Assembly: GCA_010093995.1 (NCBI GenBank)
Contig: ML992501.1
Coordinates: forward strand, 1,217,047-1,269,475
Reading direction: 5' to 3'
Origin: Elsinoe ampelina
Lineage: Eukaryota
DNA: 52,429 nucleotides
In this document: in pieces, positions 33,603 to 46,291 of the stretch
How positions within the stretch are numbered: position 1 is the stretch's first letter
How the letters are laid out: the number at the start of each line of letters is the position of its first letter
Program-made: the position numbers and the translations under genes
The notes under the pieces: generated by a model
Database searches by the model: none
Seen by the model: only the letters and a program-made list of their open reading frames with translations
What the model was told of the DNA's origin: nothing

Positions 33603-36301
33603 ATGGGGATTCATGGGTAAATTTCATCTCAAGCTCATCGCCCATTTCGTTGACACAGCGCAGAATCTACAAAGAGATCGGACCTGGACGAAGGGTGGCG
33701 CTGTCCAAGTACGCCGCTGATCACTACATTGAACACTCTCGACCTCTACGCCTTGCTATCGATATCAGTATCTGGCTATTCCAGATTCAGTCTGGCAAGG
33801 GAGGATCTAATCCTGCCTTGCGCACGTTTTACTACAGGCTACTCCGGATCCTTTCGCTCAACATCCATCCTCTCTTCGTTTTCGATGGTCCCAACAAACC
33901 GCCCTTCAAGCGGAACAAAAGAGTCGGCGGTCCGAATGTCAAGGTCTCAAGCATACCCGAGTTTCTCGCGAAGCAGCTTCTCAAACAGTTTGGCTTTCCC
34001 ATGCACCTAGCGCCTGGCGAAGCAGAAGCAGAATGCGCTTTATTGCAAAGAGAAGGAATAGTAGACGCAGTGCTGAGCGAGGACGTTGACACACTCATGT
34101 TCGGCAGTGGGACGACGATGCGCAGTTGGTCCCCAGAGGTTAGAAGCAGCAAGGTACCAACGCACGTCAACGTTTACGACGCAGACACCACAAAAGAGGG
34201 GAGTGGTCTGGATCGAGAAGGGATGATCCTGATTGCGCTCATGAGCGGAGGAGATTACATCCCAGAAGGAATACCCGGCTGTGGACCCAAGACAGCTTGT
34301 GAGGCTGCAAGAGCCGGATTTGGTGCGGAGCTCTGCCAGCTCAAGAAACGGGACGACGCGGGCTTCACAGAGTGGCGAGAGCGCTTGAAGCACGAGCTCT
34401 GGACCAACGAAAGCAAATTGTTCAAGCAGAGGAGAAGGCTGGATATCCCAGACGACTTTCCCAACAAAGAAGTACTTGGCTACTACACCACTCCTTGTGT
34501 CTCAGGACCGGAAAAGCTGGCGGCTCTTCGTCAAGGTCTTCGATGGGATATGCCGATCGACTTCCCAAGTCTCCGATCTTTCACCGCGGACGCTTTTGAC
34601 TGGCAGTGTATTGGTGGCGCAAAGAAATTCATTCGCAATCTGGCGCCCGCAATCCTTACTAGGGAACTGCGGCTACGCGCTGAGCAAGGCGCCAACGATG
34701 GCGATGATCTCGAGGTGCAAGCCTCAGCGGAAGACAAGTTGGTCAAAGCCATCCACGGCACACGAACCCATGCATCCACTGACAACATGACGGAGATACG
34801 AATCAGTTTCTTACCTATGGATATCATCGCGATTGATCTGAGTCAAGAACCCCCCGACGAGGAAGCCCCGGATCCGAATGATGACGATGGCGACTCTGAA
34901 GCACCTGTCAATGACGACGTCGAGATTGAGTCTAGCTGTCCGCCATCGCCACGCAAGAGAGGACCGTCCAAGTACAACCCTGCCGAAGTCGAAAAGATCT
35001 GGATGATGGATATATTCCTGCGTCATGGGGTCCCCTTGAAAGTTCAGGATTGGGAAGCTTCCCTCAAGGACGCAAGACAGACTCTTGCAGCCAGGCAGGC
35101 AGCTAAGACGGCCGGCAAGAAAAAGTCCAAAGCGGCTGGTGGGATGCCTAGGGGTGCTCTGGACCGATTCACTCGAGTCACGAAGCCCGGTGTGGCTGAC
35201 CCTTTGTTGGCAAAAGCGCCGTCGTCAGTACTCGAGAGCATCGATCTCTCTGGCATGCCCAGTTCCTCCGCACCGGCTCGCGTGAATACACCTGCAGAAG
35301 CCTCAGCACCGCCTCCACTTGCTGCGGCTCCGAGCGGACCGGTGTTTCGGCGTCTAGGGTATAGTCAAGCACGTCCAGTATTGGATGAAGTCGACCTTTC
35401 CACTCTTCCACAACCTAGTGCGGTGGTAATCCCTGTCAAGAAGAACACACCAGCGAAACGACTTAGCCCGGACCCGCTCTCGCCGGCTCCGCATCACCGA
35501 TCAAAGTCGGAGACGCCCAAGTCGAATCGATACAAACAGGCGACCATCATTGACCTGATGTCATCGCCGCTCGCCGTAAGGAAGCTCGACTTTGCTACGC
35601 CTGTAGCTAAGCCGACGCAAGCGGCCGACGAGGAGTCGATTCCTCCATTACCGGATACGGTCACCAAGAGAAGAAAGAAGAGTCCATTCAAGCGACATGA
35701 AACAGCTCCTGCAGGCTTGGGTGGCTTCGACGCTGACACGGAAGAGATGGATTTGTCTTGTGTCGGACTTCAGAACGACGGGAGCCAGGACATGATGTTG
35801 GAGGCTCGCATCGAGGCACCTACTGTACGGTCAACAGCACAACGACTGGGCGAGTCTCGTTCTAGAGCGACCGAAATAGTCGATCTCTCTCTATCATCAC
35901 CAGTGACAGACAACAGAGAGCCATCACGAGTGGCGGGTCCTTCTATGATCAAGGAAAGTCTGTTTGCGCCGTTTGTTGCAGCAGCTGTGCAGCCTCCACT
36001 GGAAGCTTCCAAGGGCACACAAGTGCAGAAGATCAAAAAGAAGCATTACCAGCTACGCGAATCACTCGAAGGTGCATGGAAGGAAGTGGAAGTTGAAATG
36101 GAAGTTGATTTGACCTCACACCCGGCTGGCATTGACAGCATTGGCGGAATCATGAAAGAGTTCACACGACCGCAAAGCGAGAGGACAGGGGCAGGGCAGG
36201 GCAATAGGCCTGCATCGCAGGCTGAGGCATCAAACAAGGACAAGGAGAGAATAAGATGGAGGAAGAGCGAAGTCGAAGTGCTCGACTTGACGGCTGATTG
36301 A
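33603..36301 (+). CDS. GEN1: XPG/Rad2-family Holliday junction resolvase GEN1/Yen1, ~883 aa (intron 33617-33663)
   Basis: Spliced start MGIHGIYKEIG, then LAIDISIW, FVFDGP, APGEAEAECA, SEDVDTLMFG and GGDY..GIPGCG (H2TH), followed by a long disordered tail. Confidence 0.9.
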
Positions 36302-37376
36302 AGTTTATGATACCCTGTTTGCGTTACGATTGTATAGATCTGGATGAGCAGTAAATGAATTACGAACAACATACCAGGAAACAGGGACGGACCATGTGCA
36401 TCTCATCTGTCATACTTTCGTATTATCCCCAACCCTCCGGAAGGTATAATTTTGTCGTGGCGTTTGCTAGGGCTGTCTATTGAAATGATTAAAAGCGAAG
36501 TCTGTTCAGCCGTCAGTGGCTTTTGTGGCTTTTGCTGCAAACTGAGCTTCCCCACCGGGGCTTCTGCCGAAAAGGCGGGCACCCGCAAAAATCACAAAAT
36601 CAAGCCTTTTGGGCCCCCCGAGAGCCACCGAGATCCTGCTCAGCCCTTTGGTTTCCCCGCAGCAACCAACCGGACACGACGCGATCCGGAGGGTGAGCTG
36701 GGATGGGCGCAAGCTGGAGGAGGCATGGAAGCGGTGCCGTAGGATGAAGAAGAGGGGACAAGACGATGAAGGAATATCTCACAAGCGGTCATGTCGCAAC
36801 CATCAGTAGTCGACAGCAGAGCCGCTGGTTGCTGCAGTCCAGGTGCATCCCAACCACGCATATGCAGGATGATGCGGGCACACGGCAGCAGAGCTGTCAC
36901 TTTCGCTACCTTTTTACCCGTGCAGCTACCGTATAGCTACAGCTCGCATCCGGGTCCAAGCATGACGCACACGCGATGTAAAATTACCGGCAGCGAGTCA
37001 AGGAGATGAAGCTCAATCAATCACGACCACAGCAAAAGTAGTAGCGACATCACAAGCGAACACATGACCGGCCTCCGGAATGCAATCTGAGCAAACGTCA
37101 CGTCCATGCTTGCCCTGACGATCTCCTGCCCCATCGAGACCAAACTTTACTCCAGTCCAGAGGCTCCTGCGGGGTTGACGACAAGCTCGAGGGTTTGCAA
37201 TTTTCAGAAGTGACCGCATCTCTACAGAGGCCGAGCTGGAGGCAGCCATGCAGTGGGGGTATGGCGATCCTCGTGTCTTCATAAGTCTGTGTCTAGCCGC
37301 TTTCCTGGCCCTGGTCCTGCTCTCCTCCAACCCGGTCCTGTCTCCCTGGCAAAGCACAGCAGACACTTCTTTCACA

Positions 37377-38748
37377 ATGCGCGGTCTCTCTGTCTCTTTG
37401 GCGGCTTTGTTGCCTGCCACTGCCCTAGCGCAGGCTCAGATCTCAGGTCCCATCTACGGGAACAGCACTCCTGTAGCCGACGCTGATGGCAAGTTCACCA
37501 TCACCGCCGAGGGTATCCGTGCTCAATTCATTCCCTACGGTGCCTCTATCTCGAATCTCTTCATCAACGATACTCAGGGTATCGAGAGGGACATTGTGCT
37601 CGGCTTCGACAATGCCAGCTACTACAGCGTCGACAAGCAGCACCCTCACTTGGGTGGAATCCCAGGTCAGTCCACCACCAGTCCGAGCGTACACAGCCCA
37701 CTGACCATGTCCAGGCCGGTATGCCAACCGCATCAAGAACTCGACCTTTGAGATCGACGGCGAGACCTTCAACGTCGTGCCGAATGAGAACGGAGGCCTG
37801 AACACTCTCCACGGAGGTACAAACGGATGGCAAGCAACCCTCTACCTCTCTCCCAGACTCACGCTAACTCCTCCCAGGGACTGGCGCAACTGGACCGTGG
37901 TCACCCACACCCCCAACTCCATCACCTTCTCCCTCATCGACCCCGACGGAGAACAAAGCTTCCCCGGCCAAGTCATCGCCTACGCCACCTACACCGTCAC
38001 CCCCTACCGCTGGCACATGCGCATGTCCGCCACCTCTACCCAACGCAAAACCCCCATCATGATGACCTCACACACCTACTGGAACCTCGACGGGTTTCAA
38101 AACCCCAACACCCCGACCGCCCTCAACCACACCCTCTACCTCCCCTACTCGGGCCAACGCATCGGCGTCGACGGCATCCTCATCCCAGACGGCACCATCC
38201 TCCCCAACCTCCCCGGCAGCGTCAACGACTTCTGGTCCGCCCCCAAGCAAATCGGCACCGACTTCGCCTCCCCCGAAGCCCTCGGCAACTGCGGCACAAA
38301 CTGCACGGGCTACGACAACGCCTACCTCGTCAACCGCGCCCAAGACGGGCCCTACGACTGGCGCGTCAAGGGACCCGTCGCCACCCTCGCCTCGCCCTAC
38401 ACCGGCATCCAGGTGGACGTCTACTCGGACCAAGACGCGTACCAGGTGTACTCCTGCGGCGGCCAGAATGGGTCCCTGGCGTTGAAGAAAACCCAGGGTT
38501 TCTTCGACGACGAGACCAGGCCCCGCGCCGTGCAAAAGTATGGCTGCGTCGTCATGGAGGTCGAGGATTGGATCGATGCGATTAATCAGCCTGAGTGGCA
38601 GAGGGGGAAGAAGAATATCTTTGGGCCTGGGGATGGTGAGTATGTCCTCGAGGCGGTGCATCATTTCAAGGTGAATCAGACGCTGGTGGATGAGTATAAT
38701 CAGGCGGTTAATGGGACGGGGAGTTATGGGAGGAGGAGGAGGTATTGA
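37377..38748 (+). CDS. Secreted aldose 1-epimerase (galactose mutarotase-like), ~424 aa (introns 37666-37714 and GC-AG 37830-37877)
   Basis: Signal peptide, DIVLGFD, GRYANRIKN, LHGG, SFPG, HTYWNL and GYDN. An alternative in-frame ATG lies at 37248. Confidence 0.9.
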
Positions 38749-39185
38749 GTATGAGTAGGAGGGGAAGGAAGCATGTGAGGGGAGAGGAGGGGTGGTTGTG
38801 GGTAATGGATAATGTTGATTGTATCTTCTGTGCCTCTTTACTATGTGCTTGCGTTGTGCGTTGACAGTACTCCTCGCCGCCGCTTCTTGTGTCTCGACTC
38901 ATGCTGTGTCACTCAATCACATTCAGGACAAACTTAAGAACTGGTCATCTCATTTCGTCTATTCATAGTCATGCTATGGTTCCGAAGCTATGCCTGCTAA
39001 TACTATGCAGTATAAGTATGCTCATTCCATTTCAGAACCCTATCAGGGCTGTGTCATAAGCAAAAGCACCTCGGTGCTGGGTATCCTCCCATAACGCCTC
39101 CCGTGTTCACCCGCCATGCTATGCAATTTCCAATTCCAGCAAGATCAGTATCGTCTGCCACCGTCCCTTCATCTCCTCTTTCATC

Positions 39186-42100
39186 TCAGTGGATTCCCGC
39201 CTTTGCATAATCCGCCTGCAATGTCTTCAGGTCTTCCGGCACATCCCACCCGTGAGTTCTGCATGCCCGCTTGTATGCCTCTATCGCCTCATGGACCCCG
39301 TAATCACTCGTGTGAGCCACACCACCATGGTTGTTTGTCGACATCATCAGACGAGCAGGTGGCTCGGTTGTCCCGATCGCGAGACGGATCTGCATCAACA
39401 CGGCGTCAATGGTGCTGACGCTGGTCCAGCCTGTGTTGGTGAGCAGCTCCATACAGAGTGCGCCGCCGATGGTGACATGTCCACCGCCGCCCTCTCTGAA
39501 GCCGAGGAAACGAGGGCGGATGATCCGGACAAAAGGTGGTTGGAAGGGATAGTTGGGACCGAATCGGATCTCAAACACGATCGAAGTGATCTTGGCTCGA
39601 TCCATGTCTCCAGCAAGAAGGATAGGTTGCCCGTTGGGCTGGACGAAGTTGTCAAATGAGTGCATCTCAACGATCCACTGGTACATATTCTCAATCTTGT
39701 CGGGGTCAATGTACCAACCGAGCTCGTGGGCAGGAGTGGACTGTTGCAGCTTAAGGAGCGTTTTGAAGTCGTTCTGAAGGCGCTTGGAATTGACAACGCT
39801 GGCATAAGTCGGCTCTGGCATCTGTGGGAGAGTCGAAAAGTCGAGTTGACCTGGACGGTACTTGGTCATGGCGAACAGATCGATCTTACTATCATTCCTC
39901 TGAGCTCCCAGTGTCGGCGACGGCTCGTCGTCAATCTCGATAACGTCGACCATATCGATCAATGCCTGCTGGTCCTCATCATCCGTGGCCACACTGGAAC
40001 GATCGTCGTCGTCAAGGTCCATCGGATCATCGCGGGTACCCGAGCCTCTGAGCGACTTCTTCACCATAGCCTTTGCGCTGCTCGACCTTGGACTCTTCCG
40101 CTTCCTGGGAGTGGCACCTGTCGCGAGCACTTTGGTGGCACTCTTGGGCAGCTCCAGCGCGCCTTCATTACCCTTTGGGAACATGGAAGGATCCAAGGGT
40201 AAAGGGTCATCGATCGTGGCCTCGATTTCAAGTAGGAAAGTTGTTGTCGATTTGACCTTGACAAATAGGTAGCGTGTCTGAATCCAGTCCAGGTTGGCAA
40301 TGACCAGGTGTGGTTGCGCCTTCACATACTCATCAGGAGCGTTAACAAGCTCGTTGAGAGAGAGGGCGGTGGTAATCTGCAAGATGGACGATGGCCAGTC
40401 GACGCCCCCCGGCGTAATACCACCATAACTGTGATAGCTCTGACAGTATCCAAGAGACGTCTGAAGCTCTTGAGAATGGTATACACCATCTCCGAAAGCC
40501 CGACCATTGAGCACATTCTTGAAGTGTAGCCCTTCACGGATGATTGAGTGCCAATTGCCGATGCGACTTCCATGCCAAGCAAAGATGGTTGGGAATCTGG
40601 AGTTGCGTCGTTGGGAGGTGCTGCGGACTTGCTGTAGGAATCGTTGCTCCTTATCCGGTGCACCCATGGCGAAGCGGAACTGCATCCAGCCCTTCATTCC
40701 CTTGACTCTTTCCTCCTTCTCGTACTCTCCTTCCGAATGCTTGGTCATGTAGGCCGGTATGTCCTGGCCATCACTGCCAGGTGGTGCTAGTTCGTCTACC
40801 TGAACAATGCAGGCCCTGTTTGACGCGACGATCCAGCGAAGGACAGAGGCAGCGGAGGGAGATATGCGATCGATCCAAGTGCCCAACCTTTTGTTGCCGG
40901 ACTGTTGGATGTACTGCTGCATCTCATTGACGTTGGGTAATGTATCGAGTAGAAACTTGATGGCACCTCGCTTGTTCTGATCGTCAAGAGTGTCTATGTC
41001 GACATCGTATTTCTGGACGAAAACATCGACCCATCCTTCTGCCGCCATCAAGGTTGGCGTGGTGTCTGCTTGTGGTGCATTCGGCCTGTAGGCGGGAGCG
41101 ATTCTTGGGTCGGGGGCATCTTGAGGAGTGATTGCGACACTGACGGGCTGGCCGACTTTGATAGTCGGGTAATATGTGGTCTCCGCGATGCGAAAATGTA
41201 GAGGGCGCGCAAGGCCTTGTTCAGGCCGGCAGACGACCCAATCGCCTGGGACGAATGGACAGGCAACGCTGGCATCGTCGAGGAGCATCTCCAACGTCAT
41301 CTGGTCGATCTTGGCTTTGTGCTCATGACTACCACGACCATCGTTCGAGTTCTTCCCAATCTTAGTGAGGTTTCCCGTATTGAAGTCGGTGAACGAGAAC
41401 GGGACTGTGATCGCCAATCCCACGGGAAAGTTCTTGAGAACACCATTCGCAGCGCTGCTGTAGCAGAATGAGATGAGCAGATCGATGACCAGTGGTTGAG
41501 TGATGATCTCGTGATCAATGCTTGGACCGAAGCCGAGACTCATATACTGGTAAAGGCACAGCGGATTGTCGCAGACGTACGGCTTGAGTGCTTCGATCTC
41601 ACTCGGTAGGGTCCGGTGACAGATCAAGCAAAATTCTGTGCAGCGGACAAAGTGGCGGAGCGCGAATTGCATAGCGACAAGTGGGAAAGATACAGACTTG
41701 TGGACGGATTTCGTGGTTGCCATGTGATCGGCCATCACGATGTCGGGAAATGCTTTGTGATCGCCACACTCGCCGATGCGCTTGTACTGGTCATAGCGGA
41801 GATCGTCGTGAGGTCGACCTTGGACATCGTTGTAGAACTGCTCAGCTCCAGCCCAAGTCAAGCCTTCGTCGCGGTACATCATGAGTTTGGCAAGTCGCTC
41901 GCCGACTAGGGTATTGATTGTACTTGAGATGAAAGTGTCGCGAGAATGCTGCTTGACACCAGTCCCAGCCTGGTCTTCCATATCCTTCTGCGTCATGACG
42001 AAAGTGTTGATAGCTTCTTGTTGAGAGGGCTTGTAGGTATCGCAGACCCTGAGTCGCACTTCAAACATGTTGCGCTTGCTTTGTTTGATGTCATCTGCAT

Positions 42101-42841
42101 TCCGATAGCCGTTGGGATAGCGTATGAGCAATGTGAGGTATTCATTTGGCCGCAGCTGCCACGCCTTCATGGCCTCTTGCGATATACCAAGCTTCTTGAC
42201 CTTGCAAGAGATGCTGATGATGCCGGGCGTGTTCTGAGTGAATATGTGACCGATGATGCCAACACGGAAACCAGCTTCCTTCACTGCGCGGAGGTCTTGT
42301 CTAATCTTGTTGGCGACGGGGGCGGGCATCGGTAGTCCAGAAGATGTGCGCCGGCCCTGGTCGTGAATAGGAGCATTGACATACTCTTCATCCGGATCCC
42401 AGGCTGATGCGTCGTCGGCATCGTCATTATCGTCCTCGGATTGCAAGTCGGAGTCCTGAGTATCCGAGTCGACTTTGTTCAAGGCGGTGCGGATGCATTG
42501 GAAAAGCTCTTGTATCGATTTCGAGGCTGTGCTTGGGAGGTGATCCTGCAAGACTTGCCCAACATGATTTGGAGTGTCGTCACTTGTGTATATCATGTAT
42601 TCATGGCGACTGGGGTAATCCGAGAGTTCTGTCAAGCATGATCAGCTCAGTCGGTCAAGTACAGCAGCTGCAAGTCACCATTGATCATGACATTCACGGT
42701 AGCTGGCTGGTCAAGCTTGTCGTGAGTTATGACGAATGTGAAAGTTCCGTCATCTTCACCTCGCTGCAGGTCGTAGATGTCGCCATTGGTGCTGGACGCT
42801 TGCGCAGACTCCAGATCCTGGATGAATTTCTTGCGAGGCAT
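39186..42841 (-). CDS. Fungal PARP/ART catalytic domain plus UBE2Q-like ubiquitin-conjugating domain fusion, ~1201 aa (intron 42629-42678)
   Basis: Cys cluster CTEFCLICH..PYVCDNPLCLYQY; ART motifs AWHGS..WHSIIREGL and GRAFGDGVY; E2 motif YPFQPPFVRIIRPRF..GGALCMELL. Confidence 0.88.
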
Positions 42842-43545
42842 CTTCGACAATGCTTATGTTGGCATGCTGATTGTGCAGAAAGCAGACTATGTTTTGTGTT
42901 TTGTTTCTTCTGTCTAGATTCAACGAGTTCGCAAGGTGAAAGTGAATGGGGAAAGTAGATGTGAGCTTGACGAGGTGAAGGAGGAAGAGTTAGGCGCCCA
43001 AAGTGAAAGACGTCAAAAGAAAAGTAGGCAACGAGTGATGAATGCAAGCAAGATAGATGCGAGCCGTTCCGCGGCGTACGAGTCACGGCGAATGTCGACA
43101 AAGTGTAAAGCGTTTACCCTTTGCTGGCGAATACTTGTAGTGGAAGCTTGCATGTGTAGAGAGAAGACGACGGCGAGAGGACAAAACGCGGCTGTTGCCT
43201 GAATGCCTCAGCACAGATTCACGTGTCGGGTTCACCTGCATGTGCGTCAACCGCTCCACTTCGAACAGAGCACATGGCTTTGGCCCCTCCACCAACCCGA
43301 ATCGATACTACACGGACACAGCCAGAATAATGAAGGAAGGAGAGAAGACATCTTTTGCGGGCGCAGAGAAAAGCAAGACGACTTTTGGCCGCTGACGTGG
43401 TCGTCCAATCGGATCGCTTCCTTCTCACGTCGGCATCGTTGGTGGCTCCCAAAGTAACTTACTCGAAGCTCCTTTGACACTCCGACTTTGGGCCATATTC
43501 GTACGAGTCGAAGGCACGCACGTAGAATCAGCTACCGCCTGCATC

Positions 43546-44526
43546 ATGGCCAATGACAGCGCCGCCAATGGACATCCGACCATGACTGTGAGGACAACGG
43601 TAACATCAGAGGAGATCCTTGAGCCTTTTGTACAATCCACCTTCGATCCGGCCGAATACCTTAACAGCGCTCTGCCATCGTTGGCTCTCACAGCTTCAAC
43701 ACGTGATCAGGGAGACCGAGCATCTTTGTCCAACCTATCATCCAAGACACAATTGCTTCTCTCGCAACTGAACGCCCAAACCTCTCGACTTTCGGACAAT
43801 CTCACTCAATTGACCGACGAAATCATCCGCAGCGGTAGCCGTCTTGCCTACGAAGTCGAGATCCTGCGTGGAGAGACCAATGGACTGTCAGAAGTATTGC
43901 TCGAGAAGCTACAGGACGACTTCTCGAAATTCGAGGTAAAGCAGGATCAATCACGTGACAGCACGGGCGGGACAGATGCCACCGAACCTGAGCATATCCA
44001 ACAGCTACGGACACTCACACGGGTGCGAGGGCGACTTGACGCGGTTATCAAGGTCTTTGGAGATGCTATGGAATGGCCAGTGCCACCTTCGGAACTTAGC
44101 TCTTCGCTCATATCAGTCACTGCACCAAACATAACCCCTGAAGAGCAGAGGAATCGGGAAGAGAAGGGAAAAGAAGCAGCTCAAAGGCTACGAGAAAACA
44201 TTGTCAATCTTCTCGAGACCGGGCGAACGCAAGAAGAAGGTGTGGCAGTTGCTAGCGAGAGGATCAACGATCTACGGCGTCTCGCTATCGTGTGGAAAGG
44301 CACTGCAGAAGAACGGTACAGGAATCGCTTCATTGATGGGCTGGCGAAGCTTGTGGAGGATGAGCAGAAGAAGATCGCAAAGCGGTCTGAGGGACGGAGG
44401 CAGGCGCCTACCATAGCTGTGCAGCCCGAACGACGGTCGAATGACCAGTCACGTGGTCCCAACGAGACCTCGTATGGTTTCATGAACAGTTTGAGGAAGA
44501 TTCGAGGGGACATATACATTGATTAA
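43546..44526 (+). CDS. Conserved helical protein, ~326 aa, probably a COG7-like CATCHR tethering subunit
   Basis: N-terminal FDPAEYLN followed by a coiled coil (RLAYEVEILR), as in COG/Vps51-type subunits. The gene is well supported; its identity is tentative. Confidence 0.55.
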   Translation: MANDSAANGHPTMTVRTTVTSEEILEPFVQSTFDPAEYLNSALPSLALTASTRDQGDRASLSNLSSKTQLLLSQLNAQTSRLSDNLTQLTDEIIRSGSRLAYEVEILRGETNGLSEVLLEKLQDDFSKFEVKQDQSRDSTGGTDATEPEHIQQLRTLTRVRGRLDAVIKVFGDAMEWPVPPSELSSSLISVTAPNITPEEQRNREEKGKEAAQRLRENIVNLLETGRTQEEGVAVASERINDLRRLAIVWKGTAEERYRNRFIDGLAKLVEDEQKKIAKRSEGRRQAPTIAVQPERRSNDQSRGPNETSYGFMNSLRKIRGDIYID

Positions 44527-45106
44527 TGCATGCATGATTATGTGCTCTCCTATATTGCGAAGATCGCACAATCGACATCGGTCTCATGTGACTCTCATAG
44601 CATAAGAATATAATGTCATCATCAAGCTCTGTGTAAATGATTTGTGATGGTTTTCGTCGGTGGCGTACCGCGATGGTGCAAGTATAGTATTGCCGTAAAA
44701 TCCGTGATGATGGCGGCGGTGATGTGATCTTCCAACGGCTACATCGACCTCTACTTGTACCAACAACGTTCAATATATTCATCGCTGCCAGCCTCTTGTC
44801 ACTACTCCGTCTCAATTACTCACGCGACAGGCCGTCACCAAAAGATATTCACCCAGCGTCTGCCGCCTCAGTCTTCAATCCGTCACAGAGAGGCAGCCTC
44901 ACACCTTCAAGCCCAAGTAGCGAGACTCGTACCTGCACAAGACCTAGCTTCGACCGACCACGGACGGAAAACTTAAGTGAAAGTTTCCAAAAATCCAAAG
45001 AGCAGGCGCAGGACACATATAAGACACCTTCACCGACTTCGTCACCCAAGCAGGCCTGCTGCACAACCTCTCTCCTCAGATTCCCCGGCATCCTCCTCAC
45101 ACTCGT

Positions 45107-45772
45107 ATGAGTGCCATGGCATCACATTCACCTCTTCGAGGTATGCCGGCGCCTGCCAGCCCAGCTACCTCATCGGCGGCACTCATCCTCGGCAAGCAGT
45201 TCAAGCAAATGCAAAAGGACAAGGACATCCCGGGAATCAGCTGTGGCTTGGTGGACAACAACATATTTGAGTGGGAGGTTATGCTCATGATACCCGATGA
45301 TTGCAAGGACTATGGAGGTATGTCATGTGCATGCTAGAAGCTGGGCAAGAGATACTAAGATCTGTTTAGGAGGCTGCTTCAGGGCAAAGATCACATTTCC
45401 TTCGGAATATCCACATATGCCACCAAAGATGAAGTTCGTTACGCCTATTTACCACCCGAACAGTAAGGACGCTCTTCGAATGTGTAGGTTCTAGTCTGAT
45501 CTCCCGCAGTTTACCCTTCCGGAGATGTGTGCATATCCATCCTGCATCCACCAGAAGAGGACAGATGGGGCTACGAATCAGCATCAGAACGATGGTCGCC
45601 AGTCCAAACACCAGAGACGATTCTACTATCAGTCATCAGCATGCTCAGCAGCCCGAATGACGAGAGTCCGGCCAACGTGGAAGCGGGCAAGCTGTGGAGG
45701 GACGATCCGAAAGAGTTCCGGAAAAAGGTGCGCAAGTGCGTGAGAGACAGCCAGGAGAGTGCTTGGGATTGA
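45107..45772 (+). CDS. Ubiquitin-conjugating enzyme E2, UBE2G1/Ubc7 class, ~188 aa (introns 45318-45369, 45463-45509)
   Basis: FPSEYPHMPPKMKF and YHPNIYPSGDVCISILHPP, plus the acidic loop EEDRWGYESASERWSPVQ and PNDESPAN. Confidence 0.92.
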
Positions 45773-46291
45773 GTATCAGATATCATGAATGCAACGTAAG
45801 AAAGTCACACGATCCTGCCATTGTCGACATTTGGCGTGTGAAGCTCTCTCTGGACATACGACTCATCCAGAAGCTTTGCAAGAAGCAAGTATACCTGTCT
45901 CGAAAAATGAGCACCTGCCTAGGATCCTCTACGAACCTTACCCACAAGATCTCGGAAGTACCGACGGTCGGAATTCATTGTCAGCTCAAGAGAGTTCGGA
46001 GTCCTGCTGAGAACCCAGCACTATCACTGTACAGTAAGTTCACAATTGGCCGGGAAGAATAACAAACCCTCGCAGTCTTTCAAATGTACGACCAGGACAG
46101 TGACGGTAAGTTCATAGCCGTTCTGGCAGCGCCTGTATATATATGATAGCAAGTGTCTCTCTCCTTTCTCCTTGTCGTTTACTAGACATATCATCACACA
46201 CTACATCCACATCTCTAATAATCCCTATCTCGTATCAAAAGAGAAGCATTCAAGAACTCCACTGGCATCGCATCGAGCATCTGCATCAACA

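Noticed and set aside
43035..43202. C-box (GTGATGA) and D-box (CTGA) pair suggesting a C/D snoRNA
   Set aside because: No terminal stem or recognisable rRNA guide, and the spacing is long; probably chance.
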